64,000 bases of DNA from Thermoplasmata archaeon. Its GTDB lineage: Archaea; Thermoplasmatota; Thermoplasmata; Lutacidiplasmatales; UBA184. The notes beneath the pieces are model-generated. The model made no database searches. It worked only from the letters and a program-made list of their open reading frames with translations, and was not told the origin of the DNA. Positions 27,309 to 36,428 of this stretch are shown here, piece after piece. How positions within the stretch are numbered: the first letter of the stretch is position 1; every line of letters starts with the position of its first letter. Location of the stretch: positions 2,343 through 66,342 of the forward strand of contig DATJUJ010000030.1 of NCBI GenBank assembly GCA_035502475.1, written 5' to 3'. The translations under genes and the position numbers were made by a program.

Positions 27309-27410
27309 ACCCGCCTTATCTACCGCCCGTACGGACGGTAGGCACCCGTTCGGTCCTCCCGTACGAACGGGCCAAGGCGCGACCCTCGGTGGAGCGCCGG
27401 GGGAGCCTCT

Positions 27411-27620
27411 ATGTTCGACTCCATCGACGACTGGTTGATCATCGCCGTGGTCGCGGGGATCCTGTTCTACGGGTCCAGCAAGATCCCGCAGCTCGCGCAC
27501 AGCCTCGGCCGCTCCGTCGGGGAGTTCAAGAAGGGACGTTTGGAGGTCGACCGGGAGATCAAGGCCGAGCAGGCCGGCCAGGCCCCCGCCTCCGCGCAAC
27601 CGACCGGTCCCTCCCACTGA
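27411..27620 (+). CDS. tatA: Twin-arginine translocase TatA
   Basis: TM-YG-SSKIPQLAHSLGRSVGEFKKG. Confidence 0.93.
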   Translation: MFDSIDDWLIIAVVAGILFYGSSKIPQLAHSLGRSVGEFKKGRLEVDREIKAEQAGQAPASAQPTGPSH

Positions 27621-27731
27621 GACCCTCCGACGCGTTCCGGAATGCGCGCCCGAGCTCCTGAGGAACCATTCGAAGCGACCCCGCCCCCGGGACGGGCGGC
27701 CGGCCCCGGACGCGGGGTGGCGGGGTGACGG

Positions 27732-28565
27732 GTGGGGGACCTCGACCGGATCCTCGGCGTGCTCACCGAGGTCCGCCGCCGCGCCGTCCGGATCGGCGTC
27801 GTGCTCGCCGGCATCTTCGGGTTCCTCTTGTTCTTCGAGCTGGTCCCGTTCCGCCTCGACCTGTTCGGCGTCTCGATCCCGTTCGCGTACCCCTGGCCGA
27901 GCCCGTTCTACAACATCACCGCCCAGATCTTCCAGCCGATGGTCGCCTGGATGCTGCCGCCGGGCGTCGAGCTCCTCAACGTGGGCGTCGGCGACTCGAT
28001 CGTCGTCCAGATGGAGATCGGGATCCTCCTCACGGTCATGCTCGGGATGCCGTGGATCGTCCACGAGCTGGGGGCGTTCCTGGTCCCGGCGCTCCGCCGC
28101 AACGAACGCCTCCTGCTCCGCCAGATCGGGATCCCCGCCAGCGTCCTCTTCGCCCTCGGGACCGGGATCGGGCTCGTGTTCATCACGCCGTTCACGTTCC
28201 GGCTCCTGTTCCGGTACGTGGCGGCGATGGGGCTCGCGCCGGTCCTCGGCGTGCAGGACTTCGTCACCTTCGCGCTCCTCTACTCGCTCGCGTTCGGCGT
28301 CGTCTTCGAGCTCCCGGTCTTCGTCTACGCGCTGACGCGCCTCGGCATCGTCAAGGCCGCGGCCTGGAAGAAGCACTGGCGCGGGGCGGTCTTGGGATCG
28401 CTCGTCTTCGGGATGATCATCACGCCGGACAATTCCGGCATCACGATGCTGATCATCGCGACGCCGATGATGGGGCTCTACTTCGGCGGGGCGTACTTCG
28501 CCGCCCGCTGGGAGCGGAGGACCGCCGTGCGGCGCCCGCCGCCGCGCGTCGTGGGCGCGGGGTGA
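27732..28565 (+). CDS. tatC: Twin-arginine translocase TatC
   Basis: LTEVRRR, FLVPAL...ER, FGVVFELP, IITPD. Confidence 0.93.
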   Translation: MGDLDRILGVLTEVRRRAVRIGVVLAGIFGFLLFFELVPFRLDLFGVSIPFAYPWPSPFYNITAQIFQPMVAWMLPPGVELLNVGVGDSIVVQMEIGILLTVMLGMPWIVHELGAFLVPALRRNERLLLRQIGIPASVLFALGTGIGLVFITPFTFRLLFRYVAAMGLAPVLGVQDFVTFALLYSLAFGVVFELPVFVYALTRLGIVKAAAWKKHWRGAVLGSLVFGMIITPDNSGITMLIIATPMMGLYFGGAYFAARWERRTAVRRPPPRVVGAG

Positions 28566-28573
28566 GCTAGCGG

Positions 28574-28972
28574 ATGGCGCTCTTCTCCGACATCGACTGG
28601 CTGATCCTCCTGGTCGCCGGCGCGTTCCTGCTGCTCGGGAAGGACAGCTCGCAGCTCCTGCGCACCCTCGGCCGCTGGTACGGCCGCGCGGGGCGCTTGA
28701 AGCAGGACCTGCTCGCCGAGTTCTCGAAGGCGGCCGACCTCCCGCCGCCCATCCCCGGCCAGAGCCTCTCGATTCGCGGCGCGCTCCTGGGGCTCGACTC
28801 CGGGGCGGTCGCCCATGGGATCCCCGCGGCCGTGCGGGTCGCGCCGGGCGTGCCCGCCGTACCGAGCCCGCCGGCCCCCCGGCCGCCGGACCCGTGGACG
28901 GGCGGCTACCCGACCCCGACCTGGACGTCGACCCAGGCCCCCGGGAGCTGGGACCGGGAGGGACGGCCGTGA
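28574..28972 (+). CDS. TatA/TatB-family protein (TatB-like)
   Basis: TM-LG-KDSSQLLRTLGRWYGRA amphipathic helix plus Pro-rich tail. Confidence 0.65.
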   Translation: MALFSDIDWLILLVAGAFLLLGKDSSQLLRTLGRWYGRAGRLKQDLLAEFSKAADLPPPIPGQSLSIRGALLGLDSGAVAHGIPAAVRVAPGVPAVPSPPAPRPPDPWTGGYPTPTWTSTQAPGSWDREGRP

Positions 28973-29154
28973 GCACGCTCTCTCCCGACCAGATCGTGGA
29001 GCTGACCGAGATCCTCGTGATCCTGATGGGGATCGGCATCACCTGGGCGGTCTACCACGGCAGCGAGCGCGCCGAGCTTCCGGGCGAGGCCCGCGAGCCG
29101 CCCCCGGGGGAACCGGACGACGCCGTCCCCGACACGCGCGGGAGGACCCTCTGA
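28969..29154 (+). CDS. Small single-TM protein
   Basis: GTGA overlap with upstream gene, TGATG coupling to Rieske; ILVILMGIGITWAVY. Confidence 0.55.
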   Translation: MSTLSPDQIVELTEILVILMGIGITWAVYHGSERAELPGEAREPPPGEPDDAVPDTRGRTL

Positions 29155-29975
29155 TGCCGTCGTTCGACTGCCCGCCGTCGTGCCCGTTCGTCGCGGCCCA
29201 GGACCCGGCGCTCTCGTTCCCCGTGGGCCAGCTCCGGCGGGTCGCGCGGGCCGGGGTCGACGGCGAGGAGGTCGACGAGACCAAGCGCAACGTCCTCAAG
29301 CTCCTCGCGGTCGCCGGGCTCATCGGCGCCGCCGGTGGGGGCCTCGTCGGCGGGACCCTCCAGTACGTCCAGCCGCCGGTCGTTGGGATCAGCAGCTACC
29401 CCCGGACCCAGCTCGTGGACCTCGACGGGAGCCCGCTCACCGTCACGAAGGTCGAGTCGGAATACAACGTCGGCACGAGCTCCGACCTCATCTTCTACTA
29501 CCCGCTCCAGAACGAGCCAAACTTCCTGATCAACCTCTACCCGATCAACGGTCAGCCCCCGACGGCGAGCAACCCCGGCGCGCAGAACGTCCCGGGGGGC
29601 GTCGGCACGAACGGCTCGATCGTCGCCTACAGCGCGATCTGCCAGCACCTGGGCTGCCCGGCCCCCGCGATCTCGTACTATCCGCCGGGCACCTGCCCCC
29701 AGACGCCCGGCGGGAAGGTGTTCTACATCCACTGCTCCTGCCACGGTTCGACCTACGACCCCTCGAACTCGGCGTCGAACCTGACCGGGCCCGCCGTGCT
29801 GCCGCTGCCCCAGGTGGTGCTCGACGTCGACTCGGACGGCGTGATCTTCGCGACCGGCATGAACGGCCCGCCGGTGAACGGCCACTTGAGCACCCTGCAG
29901 GGCGACTACGGCGTCGGCACGACGAGCCAGCTCTCGAAGGAGTCGCCCGTCATCCTATGCTCCTTCCCCTCGTAG
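29154..29975 (+). CDS. Rieske 2Fe-2S protein of a bc-type complex
   Basis: Tat-like TKRNVLK plus TM; CQHLGC and CSCHGSTY boxes; GPAVLPLP. Confidence 0.93.
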   Translation: MPSFDCPPSCPFVAAQDPALSFPVGQLRRVARAGVDGEEVDETKRNVLKLLAVAGLIGAAGGGLVGGTLQYVQPPVVGISSYPRTQLVDLDGSPLTVTKVESEYNVGTSSDLIFYYPLQNEPNFLINLYPINGQPPTASNPGAQNVPGGVGTNGSIVAYSAICQHLGCPAPAISYYPPGTCPQTPGGKVFYIHCSCHGSTYDPSNSASNLTGPAVLPLPQVVLDVDSDGVIFATGMNGPPVNGHLSTLQGDYGVGTTSQLSKESPVILCSFPS

Positions 29976-29987
29976 GAGGTCCGTCGG

Positions 29988-31343
29988 GTGTCGTTCTCGA
30001 ACTGGTACAACCGGTCCCTCAACAAGATCTGGGGGTTCGTCGAGGACCGGACCTCGATGCGCAAGTGGGCGCTCCGCCCACAGCCCGAGTTCACGTTCAA
30101 GCCGTCGTACTGGACCGGGGCCTTCGTCGTCAACGCGTTCCTCTACCAGGTCATCTCCGGCGCGCTGCTGCTCCTGTACTACCAGCCGAGCACGGGGACG
30201 ACGCTCACCGCGTGCGGCCAGGCCGTGGGCACGCAGTCCTCGGCCCCGGCCGCGTGGTGCTCGACGTACTACATCGTCCACTCGGTGCCGATGGGTTCGC
30301 TGCTGCTGACGAGCCACCTCTACGGCGCCTACGCGATGATCTTTCTGATGTTCGTCCACTTTTTCCGAGGCTACTACATGGGCGTCTACAAGGCGCCCCG
30401 GGAATTCTCCTGGATGGTCGGCACCCTCCTCCTCATCGTCACGCTGGGGATGGGATTCACCGGCTACCTGCTGCCGTACACGCAGATCTCGTACAACGCG
30501 ACGAACGTCGGGCTCGTCCTCGCGCTGCGGCTCCCCACCTTCGGCCCGCTGCTCGGGCCGTTCATCCTCGCGGACGGGACCTCGCAGGGCCTGTTATCGC
30601 GGATGTTCGACGCGCACGTCCTCCTCCTGCCCGTGGCGCTCGCGGCGCTCCTCTACGCGCACATCGCGCTGTTCGAGTCGCACGGGATCGCGCCCCCGGC
30701 GTCGTCGGACCCGACGCAACGACGGCGCTACACCGTCAAGGACGACGAGCGGCACGTCCCGTTCATGCCCCACATCTTCTGGTACATCACGAAGTGGGGG
30801 CTCCTCTACGTCGGCCTCCTGCTCGGCATCGCCGCGCTCTGGCCGTGGACGCTGCCCACCTACGTCGGCAACCTCGCGGCCGCGGGCGCGGTGACGGAGC
30901 CGGACTGGTACTTCCTGTGGCTGTTCAAGTTCGTCGACTTCGCCGGCGTGACCCCCGTGCTCGCGGTCGGCATCACGACCGTGCTGATCGTCTACGTGCT
31001 GTTCCTGCCGTTCCTCGACCGGTCGAAGCGCACGCACCCCCGCGATCGGCCGCTGTTCATCTGGATCGCCACGTCGCTGCTCGGGTTCTTCATCGTCATG
31101 ACCGTCTGGGGCGGAGAGACCCCCGGGGTCCAGATCACCCCGCCGGTCGTCGCGGAGACGATCGGGCCGATCTTCGCCGTCAACGCCGTCGTGACGATCC
31201 TCTTCCACTGGCGCTACGTCCGCAGCTATCGGCGCCGCCTCGCGTCGCGGGTCCCGAACTTCCCCGGCGTCTACGCGGCCCCGGACGCGCCGCCGGGGAG
31301 CGGCCTCCCCCTCGGGGCGCAGGAGGCGAAGTCCGTTGACTGA
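29988..31343 (+). CDS. Cytochrome b of the Rieske/cytb complex
   Basis: Four heme His (SHLYG..VHFFRG; DAHV..YAHI), GFTGYLLP, PDWY. Confidence 0.94.
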   Translation: MSFSNWYNRSLNKIWGFVEDRTSMRKWALRPQPEFTFKPSYWTGAFVVNAFLYQVISGALLLLYYQPSTGTTLTACGQAVGTQSSAPAAWCSTYYIVHSVPMGSLLLTSHLYGAYAMIFLMFVHFFRGYYMGVYKAPREFSWMVGTLLLIVTLGMGFTGYLLPYTQISYNATNVGLVLALRLPTFGPLLGPFILADGTSQGLLSRMFDAHVLLLPVALAALLYAHIALFESHGIAPPASSDPTQRRRYTVKDDERHVPFMPHIFWYITKWGLLYVGLLLGIAALWPWTLPTYVGNLAAAGAVTEPDWYFLWLFKFVDFAGVTPVLAVGITTVLIVYVLFLPFLDRSKRTHPRDRPLFIWIATSLLGFFIVMTVWGGETPGVQITPPVVAETIGPIFAVNAVVTILFHWRYVRSYRRRLASRVPNFPGVYAAPDAPPGSGLPLGAQEAKSVD

Positions 31344-31602
31344 CCCGGGCGAGGAGAAGCCCCAGTGGAAGACCGGCGTCCTCTGGTGGATCCTCGCGCT
31401 GTTCCTCGGCCTCGGCACGATCGGGGCCGCGACGGTCGTCTACGGGCTCCTCGGCATCGCGTCGGGTCAGTGGATCGACGCGGTCGCCGTCGCGATCGGG
31501 GCGGTCATCGCCGTGCTCGCGTTCCTGTTCCTCGTCGGGATCCTTTACCGGGTCGACCGCTACCGCGGGGCGACCGGCCGGCAGGTGAAGCTGTTTGAGT
31601 AG
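31336..31602 (+). CDS. Small two-TM protein (possible complex subunit)
   Basis: Translationally coupled between cytochrome b and cox1; ILYRVDR. Confidence 0.7.
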   Translation: MTDPGEEKPQWKTGVLWWILALFLGLGTIGAATVVYGLLGIASGQWIDAVAVAIGAVIAVLAFLFLVGILYRVDRYRGATGRQVKLFE

Positions 31603-31969
31603 CGGGGTCCCGAGCGAAGCCGAACTGCGCGAACTCCGGCGGCGCGTCGTGAACCTCTACGACGGGGTCACGTTCCTCATGTTGGTCGGCATCGCGGTCC
31701 TCATCGTCTACTCGATCGAGCTCGGTTCCCTGGCGAGCCCCGGCGCCCAGCAGTCGTTCGGCTACGCCGTCGCCCTCATGTTCCTGATGAGCGCGGTGAT
31801 CGTGCACCTCGTGGACCGGACCTACCGGGTCTGGCCGCTCGGCCGGCGCTTCCGCCCGACGCCCCCGGGGCCGGTGACGCCGCACGCCCAGGCGCGGTTC
31901 CTGGCGATCCTCGTCTTCGTGATCGGCGCGGCGGCGATCGCGTACGTACTAGGGGGACTTATCGCATGA
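31595..31969 (+). CDS. Small three-TM protein (possible complex subunit)
   Basis: Coupled [12 protein letters not shown]. Confidence 0.7.
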   Translation: MSSGVPSEAELRELRRRVVNLYDGVTFLMLVGIAVLIVYSIELGSLASPGAQQSFGYAVALMFLMSAVIVHLVDRTYRVWPLGRRFRPTPPGPVTPHAQARFLAILVFVIGAAAIAYVLGGLIA

Positions 31970-31985
31970 CGGCGGAGGAGCCGCA

Positions 31986-33677
31986 GTGACCGACCTGACG
32001 GTCCCGCTCGTCATCGTGGGCCTCATCGCGGTCCTCACGGCGTTCCTCACCTGGGCGTTCTACTACCACGGCCCGTGGCTGGTCGGGGCGATCAAGACCT
32101 GGCTGTTCACGACCGATCACAAGCGGATCGGTCTCATGTACATCGCGACCGGGATCCTGTTCTTCTTCATCGGCGGGATCTACGCGACGCTGATCCGGAC
32201 CGATCTCGGCCTCGTGCAGGGCCTCGGGATGGACCCGCAGACGACGCTCGGGATCACCCCGGACGTCTACTCGACCCTGTTCACCGAGCACGGCGTGTTG
32301 ATGATCTTCATGTTCATCATCCCGACCCTCGCCGGGTTCGGGAACTACCTCGTCCCGTCGATGATCGGCTCGCGCGAGATGGCGCTGCCGCGCATCAACG
32401 CGATCGCGTTCTGGCTCATCCCGCCCGCCGGCGTGATCCTGATCTGCTCGAACGCGTACGCGGGCTGGACCGGCTACGTGCCGCTCACGCTCCAGTCGTT
32501 CGGTCCGAACCCGTACGGGGTCGACCTCTGGATCCTGGGCCTGCACATCCTCACGATCTCCTCGATGCTCGGGGCGATCAACTTCCTCGTCACGATCCTC
32601 AAGCACCGCGCGCCCGGCGTCCACTACTGGAACATGCCGCTGTTCGTCTGGGCGACGCTCATCAACTCGGTCCTGCTCATCTTCGCGCTCCCATCGCTCT
32701 CGATCGGCCTCACGTTCATCCTGTCCGACCGGAACTTCGGCACCCACATCTTAGCGAGCGTGAACGGCACGCCGCTCGGCGGGGCGCTCCTCTACCAGAA
32801 CATCTTCTGGTTCTTCGCGCACCCCGAGGTGTACATCATGGTCCTGCCGGCGTTCGGGATCATCTCCACGGTCATCCCGAAGCTGGCGCGCAAGGACATC
32901 TTCGGCTACGGCGCCATGGCCGTCTCGCTGGGCGCGTTCGCGGTGCTCTCCTTCGCCGTCTGGGAGCACCACATGTTCGTGACCGGGATCTCGACGAACA
33001 TCCGGTTCGTCTTCATGCTCGCGACGATGGCGATCGCCGTCCCGTCCGCGGTGAAGACGTTCAACTGGGTCGCGACGCTCTGGGGCGGCCGCATCTGGAT
33101 GGCGGTCCCGATGTGGTTCTGTGTCGCGTTCATCACCGGCTTCGTGATCGGAGGGCTCTCGGGCCTGATGCTCGCGTCCGTGCCCGTCGACTACCTCTAC
33201 CACGGGACGTACTTCGTGGTGGCCCACTTCCACTACATCCTGCTCGGCGGGACCCTGATGGCGATCTTCGCCGGGATCTACTTCTATTTCCCGATCATCA
33301 CGCGCCGTTGGTACAACCAGAAGCTGGGCCACGTCCACTTCCTGCTCACGTACGTCGGGGTCAACCTCCTGCTGTTCCCGATGTTCCTGCTCGGGGCCGA
33401 GGGGATGCCGCGCCGGGTCTACACCTACCTCTGGGCCGGGAACTTCCAGGCGCTCAACTTCCTCTCCACGATGGGCGCCTACATCCTGGGGATCGGGCAG
33501 CTCGTCTTCCTCTACAACATGACGTACAGCTACTTCGCCGGCCAGCCCGTCACGACCGCGGACCCGTGGGGCGAGGAGCTTGCGGTCCGGTTCACCGGAC
33601 CGGTCGCGAAGCCCGCGCCGCTCCCCTCGCGGGTCCCGACGCCCGTGCCGACCGCCGCGACCCCGGAGGCTCCGTAG
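31986..33677 (+). CDS. coxA: Heme-copper oxygen reductase subunit I, A1-type
   Basis: [38 protein letters not shown]. Confidence 0.96.
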   Translation: MTDLTVPLVIVGLIAVLTAFLTWAFYYHGPWLVGAIKTWLFTTDHKRIGLMYIATGILFFFIGGIYATLIRTDLGLVQGLGMDPQTTLGITPDVYSTLFTEHGVLMIFMFIIPTLAGFGNYLVPSMIGSREMALPRINAIAFWLIPPAGVILICSNAYAGWTGYVPLTLQSFGPNPYGVDLWILGLHILTISSMLGAINFLVTILKHRAPGVHYWNMPLFVWATLINSVLLIFALPSLSIGLTFILSDRNFGTHILASVNGTPLGGALLYQNIFWFFAHPEVYIMVLPAFGIISTVIPKLARKDIFGYGAMAVSLGAFAVLSFAVWEHHMFVTGISTNIRFVFMLATMAIAVPSAVKTFNWVATLWGGRIWMAVPMWFCVAFITGFVIGGLSGLMLASVPVDYLYHGTYFVVAHFHYILLGGTLMAIFAGIYFYFPIITRRWYNQKLGHVHFLLTYVGVNLLLFPMFLLGAEGMPRRVYTYLWAGNFQALNFLSTMGAYILGIGQLVFLYNMTYSYFAGQPVTTADPWGEELAVRFTGPVAKPAPLPSRVPTPVPTAATPEAP

Positions 33678-33678
33678 G

Positions 33679-34275
33679 ATGGCGTCGCGCCGGGGCCACG
33701 ACCTGTTCCGCATCACGGCCGTGCTCGCCTGCGTGCTCTGCTACTCGACGATCCTCCTCGGCGGGAACGTGATGGCGAGCGGGGACGGGCTGGGATGCCC
33801 CCACTGGCCGACGTGCTACGCGAACGGGAACCTGCTGCCCGCCTACGCGGGGCCCGCGGCGGTCGAGTGGAGCCACCGGGTCTTCGCGTTCTTCCTCTCC
33901 GCCACGGTCCTGCTGCTCGCCGCGCTCGGGCTCGCCTTCGAGCGGACGCGCCGCATCCTCCTCAAGCTGAGCTTCCTCTCGCTCGGTCTCGTCGTGACCG
34001 AGGCGCTCCTCGGCGGCCTCGTCGTGGAGAGCAACCTGCAGCCGGGGCTGATCCTGATCCATCTCGGGATCGCCACCGCGCTCTTCGGCCTCCTCATCGT
34101 GATCGCCATCCTCGCCAATCTCAAGGAGATGCCGCGTCGCTGGATCGAGTGGGCGCGACGCGCCGCCGAGGAGACCCCGAGCCCGCCGCCCCGGGACCGC
34201 GCGTCCGCGCCGGCCCCGACGACCCCCGGGCCGCGCGACGGCCGGGTCGGGGCGGTCGGCGCCCCCGAAGGCTAA
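33679..34275 (+). CDS. ctaA: Heme A synthase, short 4-TM archaeal type
   Basis: GLGCPHWPTC, EWSHR, LIHLG. Confidence 0.85.
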   Translation: MASRRGHDLFRITAVLACVLCYSTILLGGNVMASGDGLGCPHWPTCYANGNLLPAYAGPAAVEWSHRVFAFFLSATVLLLAALGLAFERTRRILLKLSFLSLGLVVTEALLGGLVVESNLQPGLILIHLGIATALFGLLIVIAILANLKEMPRRWIEWARRAAEETPSPPPRDRASAPAPTTPGPRDGRVGAVGAPEG

Positions 34276-34311
34276 GGGGAGCCGAGCGCTCGCTCGGGTC
34301 CCTGCCTACCG

Positions 34312-35244
34312 ATGACGATCCCATCGCCCGCCCCGGTGCCGGTCGCCGCCCGCCCCCGGGCCCGCGCGGGCGACTACGTGACGCTCGCGAAGCCCGGCAT
34401 CACCGCGCTCATCGTCACCGTGGCGGTCGGCGGGTTCCTGCTCGCCGACCCGCGCTCGATCGACCTCGTCCGGCTCGGCATCCTCGTCGCCACGGGCGCC
34501 GCCGGTTCGGCGGGCGCCGCGATGCTGAACCACTACCTGGACCGCGACCTCGATCGCCGGATGCGACGGACCCGCGGTCGGCCGCTCGCCGACGAGCGGA
34601 TCGCCCCGGGCGCTCTCGTCGCCGGGCTCGGGCTCGTGTTGCTCGCGCTCGGGATCGGCGGCGCCGCGCTGCTCCTCAACCCGCTCACCGGCTTCTCGAT
34701 CTTCCTCGGCGGGATCACGTACGTCGTGGTCTACACCGTCTGGCTCAAGCGCCGCTCGAGCTGGAACATCGTGATCGGCGGGTTCGCGGGCAGCGCCCCG
34801 GCGCTCGCGGGGAGCGCCGCCGCGGTCGGCAGCTGGACCCCGGGCGTGATCGCGTTCGCCGTGCTCGTCTTCCTGTGGACCCCGCCCCACTTCTGGAGCC
34901 TCGCGCTCGTCCTCAAGGACGACTACGCGCGGGCCGGGCTCCCGATGCTGCCGCGGATGGACGACCTCCCGTTCTCGGGCAAGATGGTCGTGGTCTCGGC
35001 GGCGCTGCTGGTGCCCGCGGCCGTGCTCGTCGGGGCGACCGGCGCGATCACCTGGCCGGTCCTCGCGGCGCTCGTCGCCCTCGGCGCGCTGTTCGTCTAC
35101 GTGACCGCGCCGCTCTGGCGGAGCGTGACGCCGCGCCTCGCCCGGCGGGGATTCATCTTCTCCGGGCCGTACCTGCTGGGGGTCGTGCTGGCGATCCTCG
35201 CCAACGCCCCGCTCGTCCGGGTCGGGGTGCCGACCGGGTTCTGA
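34312..35244 (+). CDS. ctaB: Heme O synthase (protoheme IX farnesyltransferase)
   Basis: LAKPGI, NHYLDRDLDRRMRRTRGRP, YTVWLKRR, WTPPHFW. Confidence 0.95.
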   Translation: MTIPSPAPVPVAARPRARAGDYVTLAKPGITALIVTVAVGGFLLADPRSIDLVRLGILVATGAAGSAGAAMLNHYLDRDLDRRMRRTRGRPLADERIAPGALVAGLGLVLLALGIGGAALLLNPLTGFSIFLGGITYVVVYTVWLKRRSSWNIVIGGFAGSAPALAGSAAAVGSWTPGVIAFAVLVFLWTPPHFWSLALVLKDDYARAGLPMLPRMDDLPFSGKMVVVSAALLVPAAVLVGATGAITWPVLAALVALGALFVYVTAPLWRSVTPRLARRGFIFSGPYLLGVVLAILANAPLVRVGVPTGF

Positions 35245-35305
35245 GCGCCCCGAGACCGGGCGTCCCGGCGCAACCTTATCTCTCCCCGGCCTCCTAGTAC
35301 GCCCG

Positions 35306-36013
35306 ATGTCGAGCTCCGACCGGGTCGGAGGGCCGGCCGACCGCCAACGGGACGCCGAGAGCACGCTGAAGCGCCTGGGGTTCGCCCGCATCGCCCCGCA
35401 CCGCGCGGAGCCCGGACTCGAGCCCAACTTCTGGGTCCAGGAGGCCGGCGTGCCGCGTCGCACGTTCCCCGTCTACGTGCCCCGGGTCCCCAGCGAGTCC
35501 GCCGACGACCGGCTCGACCGGTGGGTGGAGGGGGCCCGCGCCGACCGGGTCGCCTACCGACGCGCGATCTTCGTCGTGCCGAACGACGACGCCGCCGACG
35601 CGGCCTGGGCGCGCATCGCGCGCACCCCCGGGGCGTCGATCGATCGCGAGGTGTCGATCCTCGTGGTGCCGCCCGCCGCCGACGAGCCCGGTCACTTCCA
35701 CCTGCGGCTCGCGTCGCCGCGCGAGCTCCTCACGCTCGCCACGGGCGTCGTGGTCGGCCTGTTCCGACGGGCCCAGGCGTCCGAGGGCTCGGCCCAGATC
35801 GACTTCGAGGAGCTCCTGGTCCTCCTGCAGCAACGGTTCGGGATCGACGTCCACCGCTCGCTCGGGGTCAAGTCCGACGAGGACGCCCTGTTCCTGCTCT
35901 ACCAGCTCGCCCAGCGGGACTCGTACGCGCCCGGCGACCCGGGCGCCAACCTGCACCTCTTGGTCCTCAAGCCGACCGGACCGTCCGCCCGGCTCCCGTG
36001 GTTCGCCGCGTAG
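35306..36013 (+). CDS. Hypothetical soluble protein
   Basis: Coding-like bias; TATA-like CTTATC ~30 nt upstream. Confidence 0.7.
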   Translation: MSSSDRVGGPADRQRDAESTLKRLGFARIAPHRAEPGLEPNFWVQEAGVPRRTFPVYVPRVPSESADDRLDRWVEGARADRVAYRRAIFVVPNDDAADAAWARIARTPGASIDREVSILVVPPAADEPGHFHLRLASPRELLTLATGVVVGLFRRAQASEGSAQIDFEELLVLLQQRFGIDVHRSLGVKSDEDALFLLYQLAQRDSYAPGDPGANLHLLVLKPTGPSARLPWFAA

Positions 36014-36061
36014 GGCGGCACGAACCGAGCCGTTAAGAACCGGGGGCCCGTCGAACCGGCG

Positions 36062-36244
36062 ATGAGCGACGCCGCGGGCGGTTACCGGAGCCCCTACACG
36101 GCCTACCCCGGCGCGTCGATGCCCCCGCCCTCGACCACGCCCGAGCAAGGCAAGGCCGACCTCTGGACGTTCTTCTGGCTGGCGATCGCGAACACCGCGA
36201 TCATTGCCGCCGCCGGCATCGGGGCCTGGTGGTTCGTCCACTAG
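36062..36244 (+). CDS. Small membrane protein
   Basis: 60 aa with C-terminal TM; TTAAG ~25 nt upstream. Confidence 0.6.
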   Translation: MSDAAGGYRSPYTAYPGASMPPPSTTPEQGKADLWTFFWLAIANTAIIAAAGIGAWWFVH

Positions 36245-36305
36245 GCGGCCGGCCACCTAAACCATTATCTTGGCGGCCCGGGTCGGAGCCGCGCCGGCGC
36301 GGCGT

Positions 36306-36380
36306 GGGGCCGTGGGGTAGCTTGGACCATCCTTCTTGCTTGGGGTGCAAGAGACTCCGATTCAAATTCGGACGGCCCCA
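36306..36380 (+). tRNA. tRNA-Pro(GGG)
   Basis: GGGGCCG acceptor stem; CTTGC-TT-GGG-GT-GCAAG anticodon arm; TTCAAAT T-loop; CGGCCCCA end. Confidence 0.95.
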
Positions 36381-36428
36381 CCGGCCGCGCCGTCCCTTCT
36401 TGTAGCCGGGAACGGTGTCCCGCGACCG

